A DNA stretch of 64,000 nt from Eledone cirrhosa. Lineage: Eukaryota. Positions within the stretch are counted from its first letter, which is position 1, and each line of letters begins with the position of its first letter. Of this stretch, positions 11,697 to 24,384 are shown in pieces. The stretch spans positions 45,012,001 through 45,076,000 of the forward strand of contig OZ024742.1 of assembly GCA_964016885.1 (NCBI GenBank), in the 5' to 3' direction. The notes below the pieces were generated by a model, which saw only the letters and a list, made by a program, of their open reading frames with translations, was not told the origin of the DNA and ran no database searches. Position numbers and translations under genes: made by a program.

Positions 11697-13846
11697 TAAA
11701 ATACCTCTGTTAAGTATAGGTTCAGCAAAACTCTGCATAATGCAAATGAGAAGAGGGAAGTCAGGTTAAGTATATATGACATAGAGGAGACTTGGAAGTT
11801 CTTGTGTGACAACCTACTGGCACCAGCCAGACAGAGGGTGACCTGGTGGTGGAACAGTGCAGTGGATAGAGCCATTAAGGCCAAGAGACAGACATGGAAA
11901 GATTTTTAAATGGGGGTCTGAGAGTTCAGTGACAGGTAGCTAAGAGAGAAGCAAGACAACAAATATACATAGCACAAAAAGAGGCTGAAAGAAGGTTTGC
12001 TAATGTCCTTCAATATGAAAATGAAAAATAGGAGGTGTTCTGCATCACAAAGCAGTGTATCAGTGTAAATCAGAATGTTGTTGGGAAACTGTGTGTTCAA
12101 AATAACACTGGTGCACTTAGCACCACTGATGTTCAAAGGAAAGAGGCCTGGAAATGCTACTATGGAAAGCTGATGAATGTAGAGAATGAGTAAGAGGAAG
12201 AGAGACTACCTCCAACTGATGCAATAGAGGGACCAGCTATCGAAATTGACAGTTATAGGATTAAATAATCAATTAAGGAGATAAAGAATGGTAAAATCAC
12301 TTGACTATCATAGATAGTCGGTGAGATGCTGAAACAATCTGGAGAAGTAGGAGTTGAATTAGTCACCCACATAGTCAATCAGGTAATACAGGAAGGACTC
12401 ATGCCCAATGACTGGGATAGTAGCATAGTCATTAATTGCTACAAGGGTAAAAGTGATGCTCTAAAAAGGACCAACTACGGAGGAATAAAACTAACGGACC
12501 TATTTACGAAAGTGAGGGAAAGAGTTCTAGCACAGCCAATTAATGAAAGAATCAAATTAGATGAGATGCAGTTCAGTTTTGTGCGTGGGAAGAGTACTAT
12601 GGATGTCCTCTCTTTAGTGAGACAGCTACAAGAAAAGTTCCTAGCTAAGAGTAAGCCTCTATATCTAGCTTTTGTTGATCTAAAAAAGGCTTTTGGCAGA
12701 GCACCTCAATCTGTCATCTAATGGTCCTTATGAAAGCTAGGTGTAGAAAATGGCTTGTGAGAGCAGTGTAAGCTGTCAGTAAAGTTAGAGAAGGAAGTGT
12801 TTAGTGAGGAATTCAGGCTACAGATTGAAGTGCACAAGAACTCAGTCCTCAGCCCACTTCTCTTTATTGTAGACCTTCAGGCCATAACAGAGGAGTTTAA
12901 GACAGGTTGCCCATGGGAACTTCTGTAAATGGTTCTTATAGCTGAATCTGTAGAAGAATTAGGGAATAAATTCTGACTGGAAACAGACAGAGTAAACTTA
13001 ACCAAAACTAAAGTATTAATAAATAGGAAAGACGACAAGGCCCTGGTCCCATCAGGGAAGTAGCCTTGCTTGATATTCAGAAAAGAGATACGTAGAAACT
13101 CTATACAATATACACAATGTAAATCTTGGATACACAAGAGGTACAGCAGGATAGCAGGCACTCTTACAGGAAAGGAAAACTTTGCATGTAATAGATGTTC
13201 GAAGAAAATTGATAGTAAGAATGTCAGTGATATACACTTTTTTCAATCCTAGGTAGGATCTGTAGAAATGGTTGTAGCTTCTGTTACCTAGGTGATCTGA
13301 TTAGCAGAAGAGGATGCTCTGAGAGCATAGTAACTAGAATGAGAGCAGGATGGAAGAAATTTAGGGAGCTACTACCCCTGTTTGCTCCCTATGAATGAAA
13401 GGTCAGCTGTATGATGCATGTGTGTGATGGGTAATGCTGTATGGTAGTGAGATATGAGCAGTGAATGCACAGGGTATGCAAAGGCTGAAGAGAAATGAAG
13501 TGGTCATGGTATGATGGATGTGTAATGTTAATGTGCATAAATGATAAAGCCTGGATCAACTAAGAGAGAAACTGGGTATAAGAAAAATTAAATGTGGTAT
13601 GCAGGAGAGATGACAGTGCTGGTATGGATATGTGATGTGCATGGATGATGATTGCAAGGTGAAGAAGTGCCAAGAAATCCCAGTGGAAGGGAGCTGCAGT
13701 AGAAGACCAGGAAGGAAGAGCTGATCTCAAATCACTGAAGTTCATAGAAGAGATGACAAAGAATTGCAATGAATGAGGGATGCTGTAATGAAAAAGACCC
13801 ATCCAACCCACGCAAGCCTGGAAAAGTGGATGTATGATGATGATGA
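11697..13846 (+). mobile_element. Degenerate RTE-clade LINE (RT with internal PHD-like Cys/His insert); likely partner of the (TGA)n-tailed SINEs
   Basis: PNDWDSSIVINCYKGKSDAL..NYGGIKL, LYLAFVDLKKAF, QCKSWIHKRYS..FACNRC. Many stops and frameshifts; 3' end ggaaaagtggatgtatgatgatgatga. Confidence 0.8.
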
Positions 13847-13861
13847 TACTCTGTAGCCAGG

Positions 13862-15110
13862 ATGACGATTTCGAAACCCATTCCCTTCTCATGGCTTCTT
13901 GCTTCATCCAGTGTGGATATCCGCCCCACCTTGATCCAAGCTGCTCTCACCCGCACCCGTGAAACAGACCGCACCACAGCCCTCTCACCTCACCCCCGCC
14001 CTCCCAATACCCGTGTTCCTTTCCCTCTCACCTACCACCTCAGCACCCTACCACTCCGGCGACATATCCTCCGTTCTTTCCGTATCCTCTCTTCTGACCC
14101 CGTCACTTCTCGCTTTTTTCCAAACCCACCCATTACTGCTGTTAAGCGCGCCCGAAACCTCCTGGTTCGTAGTTCTTTTTCGTCCTCCCCCACGACTCCA
14201 CCTGGCTCTCATCCTTGTTCCTGTTCCCACTGCCACATTTGTTCCTTTATTTCCAACCTCACCACTCTTACAGGCCCTAACGGGTCTTTCCGTATCTGCC
14301 ATTCCTTCACCTGCACATCCACCCACATTGTCTATGCCCTCCGGTGTTCCCTTTGCGGGTCTTTATATATCAGACAAATGGGACGCCGTATGGCGGACTG
14401 TTTTGCCGAACATTTGAGGGACATACGACTCGGTTTGGATACTCCTGTCGCCCGTCATTTCTGTTCTCCTGGTCATTTTTCCCTACATGTTTCAGTCCTG
14501 GGCGTCCTTTTACATCATGGATCACAGGCCTCGTGCACCAGGACTGAACAAAGTCTGATTCCCCATCTTGGGTCCTATCCCCCTCTTGGACTCAACTTAC
14601 CTCCCCAATTTCTCTAATACCCCGTCCATTATCACACCCCTAGATTCCTATCGCTTTCTCTTTGCTCATAGCTTCGTACTTACATACACACACACTCTTT
14701 TACTCACATATACACACATATCTCTTCTTAGCTTTGTAGGGACCTATAATAACACACACACACGCTTACACACGTGCTCAAGTATAGTTCTTTTTACAAA
14801 ACAGTTTTTTTTCCATTTCAGGTAGACGCGTGCCATCATCCACTTTTCGAAAAATTAAATCATACACAAAACGCCAGCACCAACAGTTTTGCAAGAGATG
14901 TCAACATGAATGGACCTGTTATTTTTATCTAAAGACATTTTTTCCAATTCCATCCTGCCTGTCCCCCTAATCTATTTTATTTCTCATTCTTTCTTCTGAT
15001 GAAGGACTAGCATCCGAAACGTTAAGACCCTCTTCCTGCTATATCAAGCGTTAACCTAATATATACCTTCCATATACTGTACCGATTGCGTTGTTATTTC
15101 TGTTTACCTT
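13862..15110 (+). mobile_element. Penelope-like element 3' part (RT thumb/linker + GIY-YIG endonuclease + 3' tail with HHR)
   Basis: RVPFPLTYH..ARNLLVRS..PCSCSHCHIC..FTCTSTHIVYALRCSLCGSLYIRQMGRRMADCFAEHLRDIR..PVARHF..PPLGLN matches the PLE GIY-YIG C-terminus. HHR at 14992. Confidence 0.85.
14992..15027 (+). ncRNA. Minimal type I hammerhead ribozyme in PLE tail
   Basis: tctt CTGATGA a gga-ctagca-tcc GAA ACGT T aaga: stem I tctt/aaga, stem II gga/tcc, palindromic stem III ACGT. Confidence 0.75.
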
Positions 15111-15117
15111 TTATATA

Positions 15118-16001
15118 TATACTATAAAGTATGTCCATAGAATCATTTGATAATATATATACACCATTTCCTCTCCCAATTAGCATAATCAACCACACAA
15201 AAAACCAATTAAACCAGGCTATAAGATTAAAAGGTACCTATGAAGAAATAGTAGATAAATAAACGACAGCAATCTATTTGCAATCAACCGCTATAGAATA
15301 TTTACCCAACATTTCAATAGCACGTGGAAATCGATTAAATATACCGTCAACCATACACAATTAGGTATAAAATTAAAGTTAGAAGAAAAAATGCATATAC
15401 ACATACCAGGATTACGTTTCTACCCTTAGGGTTTCGTTCGCTTTCGGAAATATCCTATCAAGGATAAATTCTCGAGCTTCGAACTCATCAGGAAACAAAC
15501 TCACTTGGACAAAGATATTTCTTAAATGATCCCCGCCAGAAACGAATTCAAAATGGCTAAGAACTATGACGTGGCAGTGGTCAAGTCAGAAAGGATGTGA
15601 CTGGTGGCTTATAGCGAGTGGACTGGTTGCTAGAAAGCGCAGCCCAATATTGCCAACATTGCATCTCAACCTTAAGGGAGATTATCAAATATAAAGATTT
15701 ACATATACACAAACTAGACAAAGTCACAGATATATATGTTTTGGCAACCATTCACGATGTGGCTCAATGATGAATTAATAAATGAAATAATCAGAGCACT
15801 ATACTATAAAGTATGTCCATAGAATCATTTGATAATATATATACACCATTTCTTCTCCCAATTAACATAATCAACCACACAAAAAACCAATTAAACCAGG
15901 CTATAAGATGAAAAGGCACCTATGAAGAAATAGTAGATAAATAAACGACAGCAATCTATTCGCGATCAACCGCTATAGAATATTTACCCAATATTTCAAT
16001 A
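15118..16001 (-). mobile_element. Non-coding terminally redundant 682-bp unit with a hammerhead (retrozyme-like / non-autonomous PLE)
   Basis: 202-bp direct repeats 15118-15319 and 15800-16001 (7 mismatches) flank 480 bp containing the HHR. TA-rich tracts on both sides; no ORF. Confidence 0.7.
15416..15496 (-). ncRNA. Canonical type I hammerhead ribozyme with extended stem II
   Basis: Minus strand: gtttc CTGATGA gttcg-[..tatcct-tgat-aggata..]-cgaac GAA A ccc-taa-ggg T A gaaac. All core nucleotides and three helices intact; GUA cleavage triplet. Confidence 0.85.
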
Positions 16002-17184
16002 TATATATATATATAGAGAGAGAGATATGTATATAGATATAGATAAACACACACACAGCTATGGGCACACAAGAGATGTAATGGGATCACAGACAAGCTA
16101 TAAAAAAATATAGGTTTTATATATGTCAGATGCACAGGAGCAGTAAGTAGCCAGAGCCCACAAGATACTAGCTCTTTCAAATGCCTAGAGAGCTCTGGCA
16201 AAATAGTCAACAGCTTCTGTTACCAAATTAGCAGTGGAAGAGGGTGTTCCATAAGTACAGTAGCTAGAGTAAGAATGGGATGGAGAGTTCAGGGAGCTAC
16301 CAATGCGCTAGCTACAAAATGTTTTTCCTTTAAAATCAAGGGCATATTGTATGATTCATGTATATGAACACAAATGCTTGCATAGATTAGACAGGTTGCC
16401 ACATTATGAAACAATTCAGGTCAGGTGATTGTGTCTTGCTCGTATGAATCTGCATTTTGGCTTGGTTTCTATTGCTCAATGCCCTTCTTAACATCAATTA
16501 ATTTATTAAATTTTGTTAAAAGACATCTCTCTCTCATAGAGTCCCGTGAGAGCCACTTTGGAAATCACTGTCATACAAAAATAAGAACAGACAGGCAAAA
16601 AGGGGAAGAAAAACAAACCGAAAACTAAGTAATGGAATCTAATGTAAGGATGGGATGAGATTAAATAAAAAGTATATTTCTACACAATAGTATATTTATA
16701 ACTATTGCAGATAAAATTTCTATACAATAGTCACATTTACAGCTATTGGAGATAACATATCATACACACCTTTTACAACTAAAATGATTAAATAAATGAA
16801 TTTCAATAAATATTCAAGGAGAGTGGTGGTAATAGTGGAAAAAAGTGTGCATTGGGTACTTTTATCATTGCACCAGCACAAACACAAGCATCTAACAGGG
16901 TGGACAGGACATTTTTTGTCATGTCACCAATATGACCACCTTACAGGGTGGATTGGGTGCTTTATTTTCTTATGTTGTCAACATGACAACTATACAGAGT
17001 GGAGTCAGCACCCTGCACCTTTTTATACAGCTGTCATCTGCCTTACACATCACATGTCCATACCACTGCAATCTCTTTTCCTGCACACTGCATCTGACCC
17101 CTGTTATGCCCAGTTTCTCTCTCAGTTCAATGACATGCATATTATTACACATCCAATGAAGCATGCAAGTTTCATTTCTTTCCA

Positions 17185-17219
<35 letters not shown>

Positions 17220-17222
<3 letters not shown>

Positions 17223-17373
17223 GTAAAATTCCGTTATAAGAAAGATGCCATTTTAATTTTTTCAATCTCTGGCCACACGCTCCATGTGTTTCGGTCGATC
17301 TCGTTATAAAGAATTTTTTGTTACATCAAATTTTTTTAGACTCCGTGAATTTCGTTATAACGGAATTTCACTG
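17220..17373. mobile_element. Tc1/pogo-type MITE in (TA)n
   Basis: TIRs caggtaaaattccgttataa / ttataacggaatttcactg with TA flanks. Confidence 0.75.
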
Positions 17374-17749
17374 TATATATATATATATGTATATATAAGT
17401 GTATATATATATATATAACTGTACATTTATATATCTATATGTATGCGTTAATTTGTATATACAGCTACATGAGTATGAACTTGTGTGTGTGTATATAGTG
17501 TGTGTGCTTATATATATATATATGCATATGTGTTTGTGTATGAGTGGGAATTTATGTGTATGGATATATGTATTCTGTCTCTTTGTTGGCCTGCCTATTA
17601 ATAACCACATAGGAATACACCCCTCCAGACACACACATATAAGTGTGCGTATATAGGTACATGGTCAGTATAACTTTGAAAGGTTTTGGCCAGGCCAGTA
17701 TTTTCCCAGGCCATGTCTAACTTAAGGGCACCACATAGCATATATCATC

Positions 17750-18850
17750 CATAGACTGACCTTCTTTGTCCACTTATTTTGAAAAGGGTCGAGGGTGCAA
17801 TCCTCAAACACTCCTTCCAACGGGTCCTGTCAGAAGCACTATCTCCAACTGATTCAGCTGGATCTCCAAGCGAGACCAGGTCTCCTGCCAGTTGGTTTCA
17901 CCCGTAAAACCTGTCCAGCGATTCTTTCCAGAGACATTCTAACCACATGCCCATAGTATTGGAGAAGTAGTGCCTCTACTCAGAGTGACTCTCTGATCTC
18001 CAAGCTATGCACTCTATTGAGTAATGTTATTCCAAAGACCCTTCGGAGGAACCCCATTTTGGCTGCATGGATTCACGATTGTATTTTTTGGTCATTACCC
18101 AAGATGATAGGTAAGGGTTGGCACGAATACCAAACTAAAGATAGCGAGTTTGGCTTTTACACCTTCCTCCCTTCTGAATACTGAATGCTGAAGCTGGCAC
18201 ATTACTGCACCAGCTCCTGCAATTCTTGCACTTAATTCAGCCTCCTGCCTTCCATTACTCATGAACACGACCCCAAAATACTTGAACTTCTCTACCTGCT
18301 TCAGTGGAACTCCATTAACATGTAGAGTGCCCTGCACAGGCTGCCTTGAGAGAACAAGTGTCTCAGTTTTTACAGCACTGATTTTCCAGCCATGCAGCAC
18401 TCAGCATCAAACCTCTCAAGTGCAAGTCGGAGATCACCTTCTATCGAGTTAAGTAACACAATGTTGTCTGCAAATTCCAGTCGACTGATTTTACACCCAC
18501 CTGTCATGACACCACTTCCAACCTGGCTGTGCATGTCAATCCTGTTCATGTAAATAATTGTTTCTTCTTTTGGCACAAGGCCAGCAATTATCCCAATGTA
18601 TTACTAGTGTTTCATTTTATCGACCCATAAGGATGAAAGGCAAAGTTAACCTCAGCGGGATTTGAACTCAGAACGTAAAGGGCCACAACTCTGTGCGGCA
18701 AAGCATGGTGTCTGACGCTCTACCGATACTGCCAATCCACACCCTTGTTCACGTAAATCAGGATCGGGAGAGGTTCAATACGCCCCCTTGGCAGAGTCTG
18801 ACTCCCACACTGAATGGTTTCGATTTAGCACCATTTATCCGAACAGTAAT
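17750..18850 (-). mobile_element. RTE-clade LINE 3' fragment (second family)
   Basis: ISRLEFADNIVLL, NGVPLKQVEKFKYFG, VFVPTLTY; interrupted by a SINE at 18559. Confidence 0.8.
18559..18743 (-). mobile_element. Meta-type SINE inserted in RTE
   Basis: SINE sequence flanked by imperfect TSD tgttcatgtaaat / tgttcacgtaaat. Confidence 0.8.
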
Positions 18851-19127
18851 GTTTTTAGGCTGACCTATTTTCTAAATTTATAGTCTTGTTAATTGTGTGA
18901 CCAAAAATGACACACACACACCCTCGCTAGATATGTGTATCGAGTTTTATACTTTTATGATCCATCCATCGTTTCTGGGGATAAACAGCAGAATGGATGT
19001 ACTTTTTCGAGGGTAATTCTATGAAGTTGTGTAACTGCCATCGATTGGTGTATATATTGATAATTTTGCTCTCTGAAATACTTGTAAAACAACTGATTAA
19101 CTAATTACCTTCCCCTGTCTTATCTTT

Positions 19128-19168
<41 letters not shown>

Positions 19169-19849
19169 TCACACATATATACACTTAAACAACCACCCGG
19201 TAACTAAACTAATCAAGGAATAGATTAGTTACATAACTAACAACAACATTGAAGTAAAACTCATCTGAGGCGTGTGTTTTTATTGCTAACATTGCCCTCT
19301 GTATGTATAATATAGATTCACATACATTTGGGGTTGGGAAATGGCATCGAAAATTTTTTTTTATTTGATGCCTATTAAAACATATTGAAAGAATCTTTTT
19401 ATTTATTTTCTTCTCTTAGTGCATAACATTTTCATGGGGGAAAACCTTTACAGGGTATCATTTAGAAATGTATATTTAAAGGTTAAAACATTTAAGGTAG
19501 ATTATACATAAAAAAAACATACACACGCACACATAAAACTTTCAGATACTTTTGTCTGTTTTATATTTAGTTTATTATAAATCTCCGGAAGTTTAACACA
19601 TTATATAAAACAGCTACTTCGAAGAAACATTAAAGCTTCTGCATATTTTATAAACAACCCCTTAAAACTTACTTAAAAACCTAATTCCAATAATAAATTG
19701 GGTTGAAGCTAAGCAATTAAAAGCGAAACAGGTGCGGCTAATTATAATCTCTAAACAAAGCGTTAAAAAATGTCATTTCCAATGTTTTCCTTTTCATAAT
19801 TCTCCTTCCTGCGTATATGTTGGTGAGAGACAAAATGGAAAGAGTTTGA

Positions 19850-20196
19850 ACGAAGTGTTTGTTGTGTAAGAGAAAATGAGAAAGAAAGAATGAGACAAAC
19901 ATACGGAGAAAGATAAATAAACACATCTAGAGAGAGTAAGAGAGATGTTGTAGATAACAGAGAAAAAAGACAGAGAGGGGGCGGGGGGCGGAGAAACAAC
20001 ATATAGCTAGATAAATAGTGAGAGAGAGAGGGGGGGGGGAGAAAGGAAGAGAATATATTTATATAGATAAAGAGAAAGGGGGAAAAGATAGATAGATAGA
20101 GAGGAGGAAGAGATAAATAGATAGAGAAAGAGCGGACATAGATTACGATGTATTTTGTGTTTGTGTGATTTGCCTTGTTTGATCATCTGACCAAAT
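19850..20196 (+). promoter_or_regulatory. Probable SNX27 promoter / 5'UTR region (GA-rich, tandem GC boxes)
   Basis: gggggcggggggcgg at about 19976-19991 and GA tracts directly upstream of the first coding exon. TSS not determinable. Confidence 0.4.
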
Positions 20197-20456
20197 ATGG
20201 CGGATAGTGATGAGGAAGGCAGTACTCCGTCTACTCCGGAGAGAATGATGAGCGACCATAGTGGCCCAAGGGTGGTCACAATCACAAAAACAGAGACAGG
20301 CTTTGGATTTAATGTTCGGGGTCAGGTCAGCGAAGGTGGAGTCCTTAAATCGATTAATGGAGTATTGTACGCACCTCTCCAACATGTTAGTGCTGTATTA
20401 GAAGGCGGTGCAGCACATAGAGCAGGCATACGGAAAGGAGACCGAATTTTAGAAGT
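20197..20456 (+). CDS. SNX27: Sorting nexin-27, coding exon 1 (PDZ domain N-part)
   Basis: [73 protein letters not shown] is the diagnostic SNX27 PDZ with its beta-hairpin insert. Donor GTAAGT at 20457 (phase 2). Confidence 0.96.
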
Positions 20457-20631
20457 GTAAGTACTCCTTATTTTATGTCATTTCATTCATTTCCACTCGA
20501 CAGCTTAGATTAGATATTATGGATTTTCATAACGAACCACCATCAAAACCGTTATTTATGTCTTCGCTACCCTCTACAACATTACGATCGTTGTATCCGC
20601 CCGCTACTCTTCTGTTGAATCTATACTTCTG

Positions 20632-20671
<40 letters not shown>

Positions 20672-20864
20672 TCTTATTCTGTTCGCATCACTAATTCTAC
20701 TGGATTCATCTGCGTTATTTTGTGTGTATATACGAATGAATGTTTCTTATGTGCGTGTATGTCTTTATGAATGTTATTTTTATGTGTATGAATGTTGTGT
20801 ATGTTTATTTTGTACGTATATCTATGAATGTTTCTTACGCCTATATATATATATATATATATAT

Positions 20865-20897
<33 letters not shown>

Positions 20898-22264
20898 TGT
20901 GTGTATGTTTCAAACGTATATTGTATATATGAATGATTCTTTGTGTGTTTGAAACGTGTATATATGGATGTTTCTTATGTGTGGTTGGATATACGTATGT
21001 TCTCAGCTACAAGTAGTCATCTCTGACTGAATAGACTAATATGACCAACAAAAACATTCCAGCGATGACCCTCCCACCTTTTATTTCAAATATTGTGTGT
21101 CAATGACGACATTATTTATAGTGTCTCTCGTTTTAAGGTGAGGTGTGATTTGAGGGAAACTTGGGTACTATTTCTAGTAGGGAGTTGGTCCATAGTGTTG
21201 TGAGTGCATGTTTTATGTAAGATATAGAGGAAGAACGTTTAAAATGACAACTGGAATTTACGTTCGTTTCGAGAAGTTTGATTCTGGTATCATTTGTTTA
21301 TTAAATATAAGCCTGACATTATTGGATAAATTCTCAAATAAGCAGTCATTATATCTATGTATGTAAGTGTTCGCTTAATTTATTTTGAACATGTTGATGT
21401 AATAGCTTATTTCCCATCAAACATCTTCCTTTGACGTATAGGCAGACAGATATTTGATTTACGTAAACGGAACAGTCAGTCCTATCTGTTTGTTTTGTAT
21501 GTGTACACACAGACAGGCAGATATATATATAAATATATATATATATAAACATCGGTTATACTCATATTATTATATAAACATATATATAGGCTTAGACATG
21601 GCTATGTGGTTAAGGAGCCTGCTTCGCAACCACGTGGCTGGATGTATGTATGTTCTCAGCTACAGATAGTCATCTGTGATTAAACTGACCAATATATATA
21701 TATAAAGGCAAAAAGTTCAGCTGAAGAAAGCTATGCCAACAACATTTCAAACTCAATGTACAAAAAAAAAAAATGAATCGATTCGTCACAGTATAATCTA
21801 TACAGCATTAAGAATTAAACTTTGAGTAAACAAAGCAGATGATTTGTATGACTGCAGATGTACAGAGCACTTGAATGAATAATAATGGATAGAAAACCAA
21901 GCTGAAAGAATTTAAGACTTTATTTATCTTACATATTCTTCAACAAGGAAATGGAAAATCTTGCTCAAGCTCCATTAATAATTGTTTCTACTTTAGGCAC
22001 AAGGCCGGCAATTAACCAGTGCATTACTGGTACTTTATATAATATATAGATATGTGTCTATACTTGAGCATTGACTCAAGGAATCTGCCATTAATCATTA
22101 ATTTCACTCAATCCGGTATCTGTAAAGACTTCATAAATTATACAAAAATATGCGGAAGCAAACAATTTCAGGAAAAAAGACCCCATGCATCACTTGCACA
22201 AGAGGTCTCACAGTAGGATCAAACCCAGGACCTAATGATGTGTCCATGTATGATTCTTTGCGTG

Positions 22265-22560
22265 TGAAGACGCGTGGGTTGAAAGTTAGGGTTCTCGACT
22301 TACTGTCGTAAGGTCGTGAGTTAAATTCTCTGCGGTGTGTTGGGTCCTTGAGCAAGACTCTTTATTTCATGTTGTTCAAGTCCACTCACTAGCTGTACCT
22401 GTAATTCAAAGGGCTAGTCTTGTCACACACTGTGTCATGCTGAATTTCCACGAGAGTTTCTGTAAGAGTACACGTGTCTATGGAATGTTCAGCCACATGC
22501 ACTTAAATTTCGCGAGCAGGCTGTTCCGTTGTTCATACAACTGGAACACTTGTCAGTGGT
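22265..22560 (+). mobile_element. tRNA-derived SINE with Deu/Nin-like domain
   Basis: tRNA-like head, ccttgagcaagactc, then cttgtcacacactgtgtcatgctgaat..gcaggctgttccgttg. Domain assignment from memory. Confidence 0.5.
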
Positions 22561-23009
22561 ATTGCATAATATTGAGCCTAGGCTGCATGACAACTTGAAC
22601 AAGCTGATGGAAAGGTGCATATGAGATGACACAACATAGAGACAGTGTACAATAAGAGAGTATCTTTCGACTAGGACAGCTCTATGTAAACATGACAATA
22701 AAAAGTAATGCTGTTGAAAACAGGACAATATATGGTGCAGGCAAATTGTGCAAGGGTCCTTAGTTTAATGGTAAAGCACTTGGCTTGATTTTCAAGGATA
22801 TGGAGATCGATTCTTTGTAATTGCGGCTGGCATTCTTTTTCCGTCTCTAAGGTTATTTTGTCCTATTTTCTAAGCTATTGTTTATAGCAATTGATTCTTA
22901 CAGTTATTTAATGTTTTGGGGATTCCTACATATTCTAAAATACCAAATCACCCAGTGTTTCAATAGTTTGTAAAAAACAAAAGTTTATATGTATATCATT
23001 ATCACTGTT

Positions 23010-23460
23010 TAACATCCATTTTTCCATGCTAGCATGTGTTAGACAGGTTATCTCGTTTGAGGCAAGTTGGGTCCATACTAATACAATCTCCACTCCTGCA
23101 CACTGCATCCAATTCCTCTTATGCTAAGTTTTTCTCTCAGTTCATCTATGCTTTGCCGTTCATGTAAATTACTATTACACATCCATCAGAGCATGTAAGC
23201 TTCATTTCTTTCCAATCTACGCATGTTTTCTGCACACAGCACCCAGATCTCACTACTGTGCAACATTGCTGTTCGTATGCATGCATCATATCATCTGCCT
23301 TTCATTTTGAAGGAAAGGCCTTTTGTAGCTAGCATTAGTAGTAGCAGCTTGAACTTCTTCCATCCTGTTCTCACTCTGGCTACTGTACTTTCAGAACACC
23401 CACTTCTGCTGCTAATTTGGTCACCCAGGTAGCAGTAACTATCTGCTGCGTCCACCAAAT
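23010..23460 (-). mobile_element. RTE LINE 3' fragment (same family as 11697-13846)
   Basis: Homologous to 13280-13840, including the tail ctagcatggaaaaatggatgttaaac. Confidence 0.65.
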
Positions 23461-23479
23461 CTTGTATATATATATATAT

Positions 23480-24373
23480 TTGGATGCAATAGTATCTACA
23501 TACTTGGTCCTATCTTCCCTATCCACTGTTTCCCATTTTATCCTGCCAGTTTTGTGGGTGTCTTTGGCTTTAGGTAATCTCAAGTTGCAGATAACTAGAT
23601 GGTGATCAGTTGTCAGCTCAGACCCTCTTTTAACACAAACATCCAGCACAAAATCGAAGAGATCAGAGACAATAACAAAATCAATTATTGATTTCTGTTC
23701 CTGATTCCTCTTATACCATTTATATTTATGGATGTCTCTGTGTTGGAAGAAGGTGTTCATAATAGAGAGTCCATTGCTAGAACAGGCCTCTCCATCTGTA
23801 TTTAGATCGGAGTCACCATTCCTTTCAATTACTCCTTTCCATGTCAAGTGGTCAGTGCCAACATGTGCATTGAAGTCTTCCATCAGGATATATGACTGTC
23901 TTAACTACATCTAACGCTGCAGTGACTTCTTCAAGGATCTGTATTCAGACTCTGTGTTTGGTGCATAACCTTGTACCATCCTCAGAGACCTATCTTTCAG
24001 CCTAAGCTTTAAGAGGCAAATCCTCTCTCCTAATGGTATCCAGTCCATAACACATTCTGACAGCTGGGGCTAGTGAGTATCACTCCTCTCGCCTGTGCAG
24101 TCATTTCTGGTGCCACACCTGAATAGTGTAGTTTCCATCCTCCATCCAAATCTACAGTATCAGAACCACGGAACTTTGTTGAGGAAACCCCGACTATATC
24201 CTGTAGCATCTAGCCTCTTCACTAGTTCCTGTTTCTTACCTGTAAGGGTTGTGATATACCAGGTTCCAATTGTCATGGTTTGCTCCCTTCTGAACCCTTT
24301 TTGGAGTCTCGAGATACACAATCTTTGTGCGTCCATCCCACGCCTTCTAGGACTAGTCCCAGGCCCATCACCA
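23480..24373 (-). mobile_element. RTE LINE 5' part (AP endonuclease)
   Basis: MTIGTWYITTLTGK, EDFNAHVG, GLSIMNTFFQHRDIHKY.W, SIIDFVIVS, TDHHLV. Confidence 0.8.
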
Positions 24374-24384
24374 GTTTTTACGGC

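Noticed and set aside
20457-20460. Stop codon ending SNX27 at 87 aa
   Set aside because: The TAA is part of the GTAAGT donor; the frame continues at 58122.
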